A stretch of DNA of 63,155 nt, filler included, from Reticulomyxa filosa (GCA_000512085.1; 18 parts of 18 records of this genome joined end to end with filler, not necessarily neighbours in it), one strand, 5' to 3'. Positions 1 through 12,246 are shown, counted from the first letter of the whole stretch. Translations and numbers: made by a program. The notes: generated by a model not told the origin, from the sequence alone.

Positions 1-93
1 AAAGTACTTGAAAAAGGTCTGAAAGTTGTAATGAACCATCTCAGTTTCAACTAGCAGAAAAGGGGCAACACAGAGGAAAAAGTAGACGTTCAG

Positions 94-747
94 ATGGATG
101 AAAAAAACACTATGACACAGTCTGATATATCAAGCGAGTGGGAAAAACTTCGCATGCTCTATAGAGATCCTCATACCACCAACCAGAAAGAGGTGTATGG
201 TTTTGTGGAACTGTGCACACGGATGTGTGAAAACATAACATACGACCCTCTAAACAAAAAATTTCATGCCGTCAACTATGAGAGGATTCAGTCGAGGATA
301 GAAAAAGTGCCAAATGGTTTGAAAATTTTGCAATTGGTTGGATTTGAATTACAAAAGCAAAAAGGATCAATTCTGAAGTTTAATATAGTGACACAAACTA
401 GCAACATGAAGTATTTATTGAACAAATGCATCTACAAGGACTTTCCAGAACTAAAACCAATGGAAGATTTTCAAAATGAGATTTCCAGATCTGAAATAAC
501 AGAATCCAATTCTGCCTCTCAAATCAAAGACACAGACCAAGCCACATCTCTCCGACACAGAGCAACTGCTAGTTCTGCAAAAGCCGAAACAACATCCAAA
601 AAAGAGTCATCTGTTGTCAAACCAACCTTTGGAACTAAGTGTTGTAGACAATTCCACCAACTGCAAGAAACGCTTGTGCTTCTCATAATCTTTGGATTGG
701 TTATATATTTTCTTTTTAAGGTTACAATTGGTCGATTTTTGCTTTGA
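94..747 (+). CDS. PUB-domain-like protein with C-terminal transmembrane anchor
   Basis: Single-exon 217-aa ORF. ENITYDPLNKKFHAVNYERIQSRIEKVPNGLKILQLVGFE matches the PUB pattern (N..P...KF..I....GG...L...GF). Ser/Thr-rich linker, then hydrophobic LVLLIIFGLVIYFLF near the C-terminus. Confidence 0.7.
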   Translation: MDEKNTMTQSDISSEWEKLRMLYRDPHTTNQKEVYGFVELCTRMCENITYDPLNKKFHAVNYERIQSRIEKVPNGLKILQLVGFELQKQKGSILKFNIVTQTSNMKYLLNKCIYKDFPELKPMEDFQNEISRSEITESNSASQIKDTDQATSLRHRATASSAKAETTSKKESSVVKPTFGTKCCRQFHQLQETLVLLIIFGLVIYFLFKVTIGRFLL

Positions 748-1037
748 CTCTTTTTTTCCCCTTTTCTAACCTCGAATAAGTTTACAAATTAGTTTTTTTT
801 AAAAGAATCAAAAAAAGTAGAGTTCCTTTAAAAATATGTTCAAACAAATATACTTTCATTTTTTATCTACCGAACGCAAATAACGCTCAGCAATAAAGTG
901 CAAATAAAAAAAACGTGAAAAGTGGTAACTCTTTTTTTTTTTGCACAGATGTAATCCTTGGATATTTTTTACACAAATAACAAATTTAAAAAAAAGGTAA
1001 TTCTTTTTTTTCCACACAAGTGGATAAGTTTTTTTTT

Positions 1038-1364
1038 TTAAGCTAAATCAAACAATCTCCAGCCCACGACATCTTTGGAATAGGAGTAAGTGTTATGAAA
1101 CTGGCCAGGGTCATTGACCGAGAGGGTGTCTTGATCAGACCACACATTGGTGACCAAGACAAAATGGTCCCCATTCATCACGTTAGCAATGACAACACGT
1201 CTCGGTCTGTCATTCAAGTAGCTCGCAATCGTTTCAATAGGGATGTCATTCGTCGTGTGCATACCATCACTAGGCCACACGACTCTTCCTTGGGAACTCA
1301 AATTGTTGAGAGCACCTTCATCTAAGTCGCTTGTACCTTCTATTCAGTTTGCAAAAAATTTTAA

Positions 1365-1406
<42 letters not shown>

Positions 1407-2477
1407 GTATACATTTATAAACCCTCTCTTATCTGCACGCACACATATGTTATTCAATTATTCATTAATATATAAATATATATGCATACATATATTTATT
1501 TATTTATATATTTGTTTGTTTATTTGTTTATTTGATTAACCGACATATCCATTATTGGCTTGCAGCCATTGGTTAAGCGTGGCCGGCGTGGACTCGACAA
1601 AAGCGGTTTGTTCGGCGTTCAAGGGGATGGGAATGTTCCAGGAATGCAAGGCCATGGACACGCTGGTCATCAGACATCCGACTTGACAGATGGTGTCATT
1701 GTCTTGGCCCATGACATCATTGGCCCACGCCTTGTCGCACTGTGCGTAATACGTATACGTGCGGTTGACATTGTAAATGCCATAGACAATGAACGATCCA
1801 ATTTGGTCGACGTTGTAACTGGTCGTATTGAAATAAGGGTCCAGCACTTGGATTTGTTGCGCATTGCTTCCTGTCCAAGATGCGTTCAAGCAAAACACAA
1901 AGTGTGACAACGATGGGATATGTGCAATGAATATCGTGTCTTGCGCGTCCAGTCCTCGACGCACCTCGTTCAGACTGCTGTTCGACGACGAGTCGTCGTA
2001 ACGCAACATTCCATTTGTCAAGTTGTCGATTATTGGAATGTTCAAGTCATTGCAGTCCCCGTCCATACATAAGTACCCGTTGTTTGTCTCCAGCCATTCA
2101 TTCAACGTCCCTGGGTTCGCCAACGTTGCATTTATATCAAAGTCCAATCCTGACAAAGCTATCGCTACTGATGTCATTGCACAGCCTTTTTGTTTTGTTT
2201 CATTTTTTTTTTTTGTTATTTGTTGTTATTAACCATTAAATAGGGCAATGTGTGTTTTTTTTTTAATGCTCCCCCTTTTTTTTATTTGCTTGTTTGTTTG
2301 TGTTATACCTTCCAAGCAAATTGTTGCACGTTCGCCGTCTCCGTTTGTTCCCATTACGTCATTTCCCCATTGCGGATCGCATTGCATATAGTGCAAATAT
2401 GGATATGTCCATAGACCGCTTCCAAATGTACTTACAATGCTGCCAGCCAAAACAGACACAAAGGATATTGTCTTCAT
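1038..2477 (-). CDS. Secreted protein with two tandem peptidase C39-like (papain-fold) domains; 3 exons (2477-2309, 2185-1541, ~1339-1038)
   Basis: Signal-peptide-like MKTISFVSVLAGSIVSTFG. Frame-consistent GT-AG joins give YMQCDPQW..TICLEGCAMTS..HFV..LDP and YAQCDKAW..TICQVGCLMTS..HFV..NDP, i.e. two Q/C/H/D sets. The second acceptor is a tandem TAGAAG. Confidence 0.75.
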
Positions 2478-2777
2478 GGCAATAGCTCGAAAGTTCAACA
2501 GCGTGAGCCCTTGTCAACATTACTTAGTTAAAAAAAAATAACTTATGGAAAAACGAGTGTTTGGAAAAAATTTGTTCATACTAAAATTTTTTGTTGAATA
2601 CAATCCAAATGTATCTCTTTAGGAAAGTGCTATCAAGCGTTCAAAAAGAAAATTTTTAAAGTACTTAGTGTAACTTAAAAAAAAAAATCTCCTTTAAATT
2701 CCAAATTTCATCTTTCTGGTGTTCAGATCAAATTTGGAAATTAATATATAAACAAAAGCAAAACAAAATAATAATCA

Positions 2778-3435
2778 ATGAGCAAGTCAAAAACGGAGAA
2801 AAGACTGTTAAAAGAACTGGAACGTTTGAGTAAGGAACCAGTTCCAGGATGTTCCGCACAGTTGCGAGGGAAAAATGTGACGGAATGGGAAGCAATTATT
2901 GAAGGTCCCAGGGACTCTCCTTATGAAAACGGTATCTTCAAATTGGACATTGATTTTCCGAAGGAGTATCCAATCAAGCCACCAGAGGTCAAATTCAAAA
3001 CACGCATCTACCATTGCAACATTTCAGAACATGGAAGCATTTGTTAAGCTCTTTATTTGTCTATTTGAAATCTCTTTGTTTTATAAGAAACATTTTCCCC
3101 TTTTGCATTGCTGCTTTAATCTGTTTGTCTTGGTTTTTTTTTATCGAAAAAACAAATAAAGGTTTGGACATTCTGAAAAATAATTGGTAAGGTTCATTTT
3201 TTTAATCCTTTAAAAAAAGGGACGATGTTCACTCTTTTGAATCCAAAATGAAACATTTAAAAAAAAAAGGAGCCCAGTATTAACAGTTGATAAAGTATTG
3301 CTCTCCTTGATAGCATTGCTACAAGAACCAAATCCAGACGATCCTTTATGTAGTGATGTAGCAAGTGTGTATAAAAAAAATCGAAAAAAACATGACGAAA
3401 CTGCCAAAGATTGGACTAAAAAATATGCAAAATAA
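2778..3435 (+). CDS. Ubiquitin-conjugating enzyme E2, Ubc4/5 (UBE2D)-like; exons 2778-3042, 3162-3186, 3270-3435
   Basis: KRLLKEL, GPRDSPYENGIF, FPKEYPIKPP, RIYHCNI; spliced [32 protein letters not shown]; GT-AG introns with matching phase. Confidence 0.92.
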
Positions 3436-4009
3436 AATGTTATTTGATATCCCACTAAGATTTTTTTGTTTGTTTTGTCCATTTTTTTATTTTTGTTGTT
3501 TTGCAAGAGTGTGATATTTGCTCCACTTGTTTGCACTTTAAAATTGCATCACAAAACGCATTTTTTAACAAAAGAAAAAAAAATACACACTTAATCAGAC
3601 TTAATAAAAAAAAATAATGTACAGTCCAATTCCTTTTTTTAAAAAAAGATACAAAAACATTTGAAAATGACCGATAAATTTACCCAAACACTGCAACAAG
3701 ATTCTTTTTACTGCATTTGCTTTTTCTAGTATGACCGAGAACCAACAAACAAAACAGCCGCCAAGGAAAAAAAAAAATACCAACAACAAAAATCATCAAA
3801 CAAAAAATTACAACAAAAAAAAACAATAAATGTCCAATAATATTTGTCTTAATTTTTTCCAATATTTCAACAAACAAATGAAGAAATCTAGACAAGCCAT
3901 GCACAAACAATAACAGAAGAAGAAAAACAAACACACACAAAAAAAAATTCTATTAAAAAAAAAGAGAAAAAAGATTAATAAAAAAAAGACCATTTAAAAA
4001 AAACAATAA

Positions 4010-5084
4010 TCAATCGTATCCAGCATCAGGAACAGTTTGTTGATTGGCAACATGTTTCCGTGGTGGAGCATTTTTCGCAAGTGGTGGGTTAGGATTGGCA
4101 TAGTTGAAATGGAGATAAGGATTTTGAGGCGCCCGTTTCAAGTCGTTGTCATCTCTACTTTTGCTCGGAGGAGGCTTTCTATAATTCGGGCCCTGTTTTG
4201 GTGACGTGACCTTCTTTTCCACGTCTTGTTGCCAATGTATTTGCGTTTCTGTCTGTAAAGACTTGGATTTCTTTATCTTTTGGATTTGTGCTTTGGGATT
4301 TGGATTTGCGCTCTCTTCCTCTTCTTCATCTTCATCTTCGTCCCCGTATTCTTTTTTGTATTCCATTTCTTCATTGCCATGACTATTACTGTTACTATTA
4401 TTATTATCCTCATTCTCATCCTCATCATCATCATCTTCATCTTCATCTTCGTCACCTCCGTGTTGTCGCTGTTGCTGCATCTCATAAGCAACAGCTTCCA
4501 ATATGATTTCATTGGTTGGATGGATCCTTTCCGATTGCACTCGACGATGAGTCTTTTTGTCGCTGGGAGGCGCGCATGTTCCCACTCTGATGGTGCTGCG
4601 CTGTGGTGGGAGTGGCAAAGGCCGACGGTGTTTTAGACGCAACGTGCCGGCATCTCCAATCATCGTCGTGGAGGCCTTTGGTCCGCCGTACTTTTGTCCT
4701 TGCGAACGCAGCGTCGCAAATCGAAGCATGCTGGACAGTGACGAGGATGCAAACAGCGATTGCGACGAAGACGGAGGTGGTGGCGGAGGAGGCGGTGGAT
4801 GAGAAGAGGAAGAAGGAACAGGGACAGGACCAGGACTATGACCACCACCACCACCACCAGCAGCAGCAGCAGCAATGGGAGTTGGAACAGTCATATCCAT
4901 TGCACCCGAAGCAATACTGTCATTCGCAGTGGCAGTCGACTCGACCACTGCTTGCATCGTGGAGTCGTTTATGTCGGACGAAGCCGACTGCATATCCCCG
5001 ATGCCTAGAATATAACTACTTTGAGCTGGAGGGGCAAGTGGAATTGAAGAAGAGGGAGCAGAGGAAGACGATGTATTTTGAACA

Positions 5085-5125
<41 letters not shown>

Positions 5126-5227
5126 TATTTTTGTGAGTAGGATTACCATAAGGCCGTTTTTCCAACAGCGTTTTCAAATCGGAAATTTGGTTAATCAAAC
5201 TTGCTTTCTCCTCCATCAACACATCCC
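4010..5227 (-). CDS. 3' part of a low-complexity (Pro/Ser/Asn/acidic) protein, 5'-truncated by contig end
   Basis: 379-codon open frame with elevated GC, poly-P/S/G and DE tracts; short upstream coiled-coil-like exon (DVLMEEKASLINQISDLKTLLEK). No domain recognised. Confidence 0.5.
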
Positions 5228-5329
5228 TTTTTTTGAAAAAAAATATATATACAACATTTCCATATCCACACATATTTATATTCACATGTGTATACATATA
5301 TGTTTGTATATGATTTTTTTTTTTTTTTT

Positions 5330-5429
5330 NNNNNNNNNNNNNNNNNNNNNNNNNNNNNNNNNNNNNNNNNNNNTTAATTAATTAANNNNNNNNNNNNNNN
5401 NNNNNNNNNNNNNNNNNNNNNNNNNNNNN
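5330..5429. other. Artificial contig linker, first of 17. Others start at 13398, 17828, 20289, 23778, 26840, 28224, 30069, 31962, 38284, 43342, 48864, 51216, 52503, 57873, 59438, 61793
   Basis: Identical 100-nt blocks N44-TTAATTAATTAA-N44; the 12-mer places TAA stops in all six frames. Confidence 0.98.
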
Positions 5430-6059
5430 CAAGGGAAACAAGAGAAACAAGAAAAGAAAGAGAAAAAAGGGAAACAAGGCAAACAAGAAAAGCAAAAAGA
5501 AACAGCCGCTGAAAAATCAAGCAATGTTCCAAGTCATGCCTCGCTATTTGCCTATGGTGAGGGAAATCCCTTTCAAAAAATCATTACTGGTCAAATTCCA
5601 AGTTATAGAGTGTTTGAAACGGAACACGCAATTGCATTATTAGATGCATTTCCAACAGTCAAAGGGCACTGCTTGCTAATTCCAAAAGCTCGCAAGGCCA
5701 CAATTTTAGATTTGGATGACACCGAAGCTGCAAATTATTTTTCTCAGCTTCCCAAACTATGCCGAATTGTTCAGGTAAATACATTTTTTTTTTTTGAAAT
5801 CCAAGGTTTGAGCCTCTTGGAAACTTGTGTTTGAATATAGCAAGCAATGAAAGCACCTGGAGTGAATGTTCTAAACAATAACGGCAAAGCTGCGGGACAG
5901 GCAGTGTTTCATTTGCACTTCCATGTTGTCCCAAGATTTGAAAAGGACGGTTTTGTTGGCATAAAACCGTCCAAAACAATTATTAGTAAAGAAGAAGCCA
6001 CAGAAATCCTTTCAGCAATGCAACCGTTTGTTGATCAAGAAACGAAAGCCACTTCTTAA
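5430..6059 (+). CDS. Histidine triad (HINT-family) nucleotide hydrolase, 5'-truncated; intron 5775-5840
   Basis: FQKIITGQIPSYRVFE, LDAFP..GHCLLIPK, NNGKAAGQAVFHLHFHVVPR (HxHxH triad); phase-0 GT-AG intron. Confidence 0.92.
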
Positions 6060-6727
6060 TTAACAAAAAAAATACACGGCTTTTTTGGTTTATCTCTATT
6101 TTTTGATGTTAATGCTTAATATCTGCAGACGTCAAAATATACAGTTGATCTTAATAGATACTCTTCATCCTGCAAATGCCTCACTTTGCGAACATTAGTT
6201 CGATTTTGATTTTTTGGCAATTTCAAATTAACCTAACTTTGAATCTTTTTTTAGAGATTGAATTAAAGAAAATGGACCTGTTTAGGTATATAGATTCATT
6301 TAACAATACACGATATGGTAAATCTTTTGTCTCTAAGAGTTTGGTCTTACATCCTAAATTTTTTAAAGCTGTACTTGTCGAAACATTAGGCGTTTTACTA
6401 TCAAAAAACGATTAGGTATGCATAAGGACTACATTACAACTCAGATGTTTTTTATTAATTCTTGTTTATGTGTGAAACGATTTATTAAATTTAAAAAAAA
6501 AACGAGGAGATAGAGCAATTTCAATGCATTTTTTAATTCGAACATAGCCCTTTTCAAATCGTGAGTTGTTCATTCAATCGTTGAAAATGGAGGGAGAAAG
6601 AAAAAACCAACAAACACTTGGCCAACAAAATTTGACAGACGCTTGAAATTGTAATTTTATTTAATTGTGACACTAAAAGAAAAAAATATATTCATTATTA
6701 TTTCTTGCAAAATAAAATAAAAAATAT

Positions 6728-8086
6728 TCACAAACACTGGCAGGTTTTCTTTCCACCTTTATTTGCAATATTTTTGTTATTTGTCAACCGCACGCTCTCA
6801 CTTTCTCTTGAAGCCATTTTGGTGCTATGTCTAGTATGCACATATACATTAACATATATTATGTATAAAACAGATAAAAAGTCAAATTTTTGAGACACTC
6901 AAATAATGATAGAATAAACAATAATTAAATAAAATAAGACTTGTTCGTGATTATTTGGGCCATTGTAGCGAACAAATTGGCGACTTGTGTGTTGAGTTTG
7001 GCCGAAGTTTCAACAAATGCCATATCATGTTGATTTGCAAGCTCTTGCCCTTCCTTTTTTTTATATAAAAAAAAGTAAGTTTAAACCACAAAAAGACAAA
7101 AAAAAAAAACAAAAAGGAACTGTTGTGGAGACCACGCGTTTATCGTCCAGATCAATTTTGTTTCCTACCAACAATTTGCAGACGTGTTTGGGTGCAAAGT
7201 CCTGCACTTGTTCAATCCATTTTGAAACATTTACAAATGATGCTCGATTGGTTATGTCATACACAACTATTATTCCATGGGCACCACGGTAATATGACGA
7301 TGTTATCGTCATGAACCGTTCTTTTTTTTTATATGAGATGCAATGGAAATAGTGTTCTTTTGCACTGCAAGTATTTTTTTTTTTTTTTAAAAGCAAACCT
7401 TGTCCAGCAGTGTCCCAGATTTGTAACTTAAATATTGCCCCATCTATCCAATAAAAAAAAATTTGTTTTTATTTTAAAGAAAAAGGAACCAAGGGGGCTA
7501 AAGAAAAAAAAAAACATTTTTTTTTCTCTTTGTTTTTGAAAATACTTATTTCAACAGTTTTGATTTTGAAATCGACGCCAATTGTCGTCATTTCTTGGTC
7601 ACGGAAATTGTCATCACTAAATCGTAATACTATTGTGTTTATCCCAATCCCCTTTTTCAAATTTGAAATATTCATGATTTTGTTCAAACAAAAAAAATGC
7701 CGGAAAACAGGAAAAAAAGTAGATAGCAAACAAAAAAAATACCAAACGCAAGCAAGACTTTCCGACGTTACTGTTGCCCACAAGAACCAATTTTAGCAAA
7801 TTTTCACTGTACATGTGACTGTTAGCTGGTCTTTTTGTTTTGAATTAAAATTTGGGCTGATCTTTGCAATGGGAAAAATAAGGTCAAGAGGTATACGATT
7901 TTTATTGCTTGTTGTTATTTTGATGATTTCCCCCCAATGTTAATGAGAAATAAGCAATAGTCACGAACTTTTCCCAGTATCTTTGATGCCCCCTTCTGGA
8001 ACTGGTCGTACTTGATCTAGTCCTATCATATTTAATCCAATTTTGCCACACGACTTTAGGTAAGATTCAATTTCTGACTGTGACAT
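6728..8086 (-). CDS. Rab1/Ypt1-like small GTPase, multi-exon; start at 7814 or, with an extra exon, 8086
   Basis: Spliced motifs [44 protein letters not shown]; C-terminus KKTCQCL-stop. Confidence 0.9.
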
Positions 8087-8284
8087 TTTTAGAAATGATC
8101 AACATAATATTTATGGACTGACAAAGCTCGAAAAACCTGTGCTGGTTTCAAGACGTCAATATTTGTAGCAAATAGATATGAAATTAGTAATTCAATTAAA
8201 CAAAAGCCCTTCACTTGCAATTGAAATGTTTTATGACGATAAATTAAAAGTCAAGACACACTGTGGGAGAGAAAAAAAAAAATA

Positions 8285-9554
8285 TTACTCGTCTAATGTT
8301 CTAATTTTAGAAACAAATCGCTCGCTGAATTGTTGGAGTTCCTTAGCGATGACATTGTTCGTGCCCAGATAAGTAGGAGTTGCTTCTCCACAATCCTGGA
8401 AATACTTGCCAGTGACACCAGCCAATTTCGGATGGCACGCAAGCAGTACTTGAGTGCTGCAGCCTTGTTGAGTGGTTTTAAAAAAGAAAGGAGTGATAAA
8501 TTTGCTGACTTTGCGAATAACATTTCCTCCTTGAACATGAGTGGGTAAATTGGTTTCTAAAATAGTTCCAGGATGGCAACTATTGATCGTTACATTGAAA
8601 TTGTTTTCAACAATTTCCACACTCAAAAAGCGGGCATGCAAAATCATGGCCAATTTGCTATATCCATATGCAGCAAACTTATTCCATTTGTGTTCCTCAT
8701 AGTCTCCTTTGCTAACCTTGTCCCAATTTATGCGACACAAATTTTTATTGGTCACAGGGTGATTTCTATCCGCGCAACAATGTGCAAGTGATGCCACGTT
8801 CACCACACGAGACGGACCATTCACATGTAACACTGGTTTCAATAACAATTGGGTCAATACGTAGTGTCCCAAATAATTTACACCAAATGTTTTTTCTATT
8901 TTGTCTTCCGTCATTGTCAGCTCCTCCACAAACGCTATGCCTATATATACATATATGTATATGTATATGCTTTTTTTTTTCTCTTTTCACACAATTGCTT
9001 ATTTGTCAAAACTCACCTCCGTTGTTGATCAACAAAGACACAGGAAGCTTTGAATCGATTATCTTTTGTGCGAATTTGCGAACTGAGGAAAGATCACCCA
9101 ATTCCAAATACATCACTGTTAATTTTGCGTTATTTGGAGTTTTTGACTTTTTTTCATTGTTTGCATTTTGCAGGAGATATGCCACTTTGTTCCCTGCTTC
9201 CACATTTCTCACTGCTAAAATTACATTGCATCCGTTCGCATACAATGCCTTACATGTCTCCAATCCCAGACCACTTGTCGCTCCTGTCACTATGGCTGTT
9301 CTTCCTTTCAAATATTCTTTGTGGTCTCTTGCCACCTCAAATCCTGTCGTTGCGCTACTATAGCCAAATTCATGCTTCAATCCAAACAGATAACTTGGCA
9401 AACCATCCAAAAATTGTTTTGTGGCTGTCCAAACTAATGTCGTACGCAAGAATGAAATTGCGAACAGTAATAACGCAAGGAAATGTGTCCAAAACCCCTC
9501 ATCTTCCTTTTTTTTGGCTGTGATTGACGAATTTTGTCCTTTTTTTGATTTCAT
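8285..9554 (-). CDS. Short-chain dehydrogenase/reductase, RDH12/WWOX-like; intron 8941-9016
   Basis: TGATSGLG cofactor motif, LINNGGI, FGVNYLGHY, RVVNVAS, YGYSK catalytic motif, CHPG; N-terminal hydrophobic helix. Confidence 0.92.
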
Positions 9555-10283
9555 TTCAAATCTTATAAATTTTTCGTACCCCTTTCTGAGTTTTTTTCAA
9601 TTCTTGTTAGGGTAATACTCTACGATAAGTCAAATATTTGATAGAATTTATATAGTTACAGAAAACTTGCTTACTTTCTTTTTTCCAACTTTTTGATTAT
9701 AGTTGTTAATAATATTGAATAAAATGTAGTGCTCATGATAAGTCGTAATAAGTGCAAAATCCAAGTGAACTTTGGAACCCTTTATTCTAACAACATAACA
9801 ATCACTTTCACGATTTGCCTTCCCTCTTTCACTTGGTTGAATCTTGTCATTTGTTTTTATTTTATTTTATTAATTGTTCTTTTGTTTTAAATTGCACAGA
9901 AGAGCGAGGCTGTTCATATTATATTTTGTGCACCTCTTTCAGCAGCAGAAAACACACAAAAGAAACGTTGGTAATTAAGGAAAAAACGACCATTACACTG
10001 CGTATAACATCAACATTTCATGAAATGATGAAACGAAGAACGAGATATTTAACAGACTCATCACTAAAAGAGAACGATAAGTAGCTTTGACTAAAGATTG
10101 ATTCAACGTGTCTCAAGGTACGATATTGTAATTTTGTACAAACGAAAGCTTGCAAAAAAAAAGTTAAAAAGCAGTTATCGGTATATTATCAAAAAATAGT
10201 TTTGCAATAAAAATTTACGAATTTTTCAAAGCAAAAAACTTTTTTTCCACTTAGCCAAAAAAAGTTATATATATTTCTATATC

Positions 10284-10580
10284 ACAAATGTAGATATTGC
10301 ACAAAAATGTAGATGATGTATAGAATTGATCAATGTTAAAAATTTGACTATGTATAAATTGGCTTATGCACAAAATGTATAATGCTCAAAAATTTAGATG
10401 ACGCATGAAATATTTAATGCGCAAAAGTTTGATTAATGAACAGAAATTTGTCTAATGTTCAAAAATTTGCTGATCCACAGAAATTGACTAATGCATAAAA
10501 ATTTAGCTGATGTATAAAATATCTAATGCACAAAAGTTTGACTATTGATCGAAAATTTTTATGATGTACAAAATTATATA
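10284..10580. repeat. Degenerate 16-19 bp minisatellite, about 17 units, consensus near CACAAAAATTTGACTAATG
   Basis: Units read directly, e.g. cacaaaaatgtagatgatg, cgcaaaagtttgattaatg, cacagaaattgactaatg, cacaaaagtttgactattg. Confidence 0.8.
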
Positions 10581-12246
10581 ATTTACATAAGTTAATTTAT
10601 GCAAAAAAATTTTTTATGTATTATAAAATAAATATTTGATTATGTTTTTTAAGCTGATGTAGGAGTAAAAAAATAATTATATTTTTTTTAACACATATTA
10701 GTAAATTCTGGTTCTTGCATAAAAAAGATTTTTTGGTCAAAATTGCTTAAGACTAGATTTAAGCATACAATGCTTTTCCTTTTAATCAAGTCATCAAAAA
10801 AAGTGTTACTATAATGAATACGTCTTCAACATAAGCACTTTTCGGACTTCAAAAAAAGCTTTACATTTTTGGACTAGTGTAAAATAAAAACAATACAAAA
10901 TTTTATGCGTATGTATTATAAAAAATGTTTTTTGTCTTCCAAAAAAGATTTTTTTTGATGATAGAAAACTATATGCAAAACAATTTTGCAAAGAATATCT
11001 AATAAAAAATTTGTTTTTAAGTTTTTTGGTGTTTGCAGTGATTGAGGCAAATAATCATGAGTTGAATGAAGAATAGACAGCGACAAAATGTGAGTATTTG
11101 GAAACGTTTTCAAGCGATCAGCGTCGTCGAAAGTTGGACCAATGACCAAGTACTTTATTCGACGTAAAATTTAGTAATGTCATAAAAAAAAATAAAAATG
11201 TGACACGTAAACATAAAAGCGATTTAAAAAACAGTACGTAAGCCACTTCAGAAAAGTTTGTGAAAAAGATTTTCCACAACATACTTTTACTTTGAATTTT
11301 AAAAAAAGTTACTGTTTTACATTATTGGCACAATACGACAACGTATCATCAAAGACAGTTTCGGGTTGCAACAGAGAAATACAAAAACTTGCTTGATGTC
11401 CAATGCAAATACTTTTCGAAGCAAAATTAGAATTAGTTCGTTTCACACTATATCCATAATTTTTACGTGCCTTTGGCTATCGCTACAAATCAACAAAACA
11501 AACAAAACCGTGATCAGCCCTTGAAATTTCTTATGCTGAACAAACCAACTATTCCAAACATTTCTACTTGCAAGGCAGAGACAATTTCTTGTCTACTACA
11601 CGCATACTGGTTGCTGGAGGAGTTTGTGTATATTTAGCACAATTTGCCAATCGAAATCTCTGGAGTTAATCGCTACATGATAACATTCTAAAGATGGATT
11701 TGTCTGATGACATACAACTATGTGGTAACAGCGACTTGAATCACCATACCATTTTATATGGAGTCGATGCCACTGATTTAGAGTTGACTTTCACTGTGTC
11801 AACTTGAAGAGGATATGATGGAAATGCAAAGAAAGATTATTTGTAGTTTTTCGATCGGATTATTTTCAATCATATGTTTTTTTTGATTGGACCATGTATT
11901 ACGTCAACAGTGTACTTAAAAAAAGGTAGATCCTGACAATGGAGATTATCGGCTAAAACGACAAACCAACAACTGATTGTAAAACTTTTGCAAAATTGCT
12001 TGAAATTATCAGAGCAGAAACATGGTCGAACTAGTTTAAATGGGAAGAAAATGTAACGACAAAACAGTGAAGAAGAGATTTGCGGTGGCTAATAGTGTTT
12101 TATTCTATGTTTCCTTTTTTGAAAATTTGGGAAAAAGTTGATATTTTTTTTTTAATTGAATGTAAGAAAATGTTGTTGATTGTTTGTGTGGGAAAAAAAT
12201 ATGCAATCACTGTTTTTTCTCTCACTCAAATTGAACATTTACGTTT

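Noticed and set aside
4273-5136. Many overlapping ORFs with poly-Y/I/L/C/R tracts (also 15480-16388, 41711-42159)
   Set aside because: Shadow frames of trinucleotide microsatellites in real exons or introns. The ORF track also uses TTG/GTG starts that do not apply here.
10284-10580. CRISPR array
   Set aside because: Units are contiguous and degenerate with no unique spacers; no cas genes; eukaryotic context.
11330-12090. Coding-like patch, possible pseudogene (similar patches at 19170-19440, 22040-22560, 57080-57430)
   Set aside because: Too degraded to assign a family from sequence alone.
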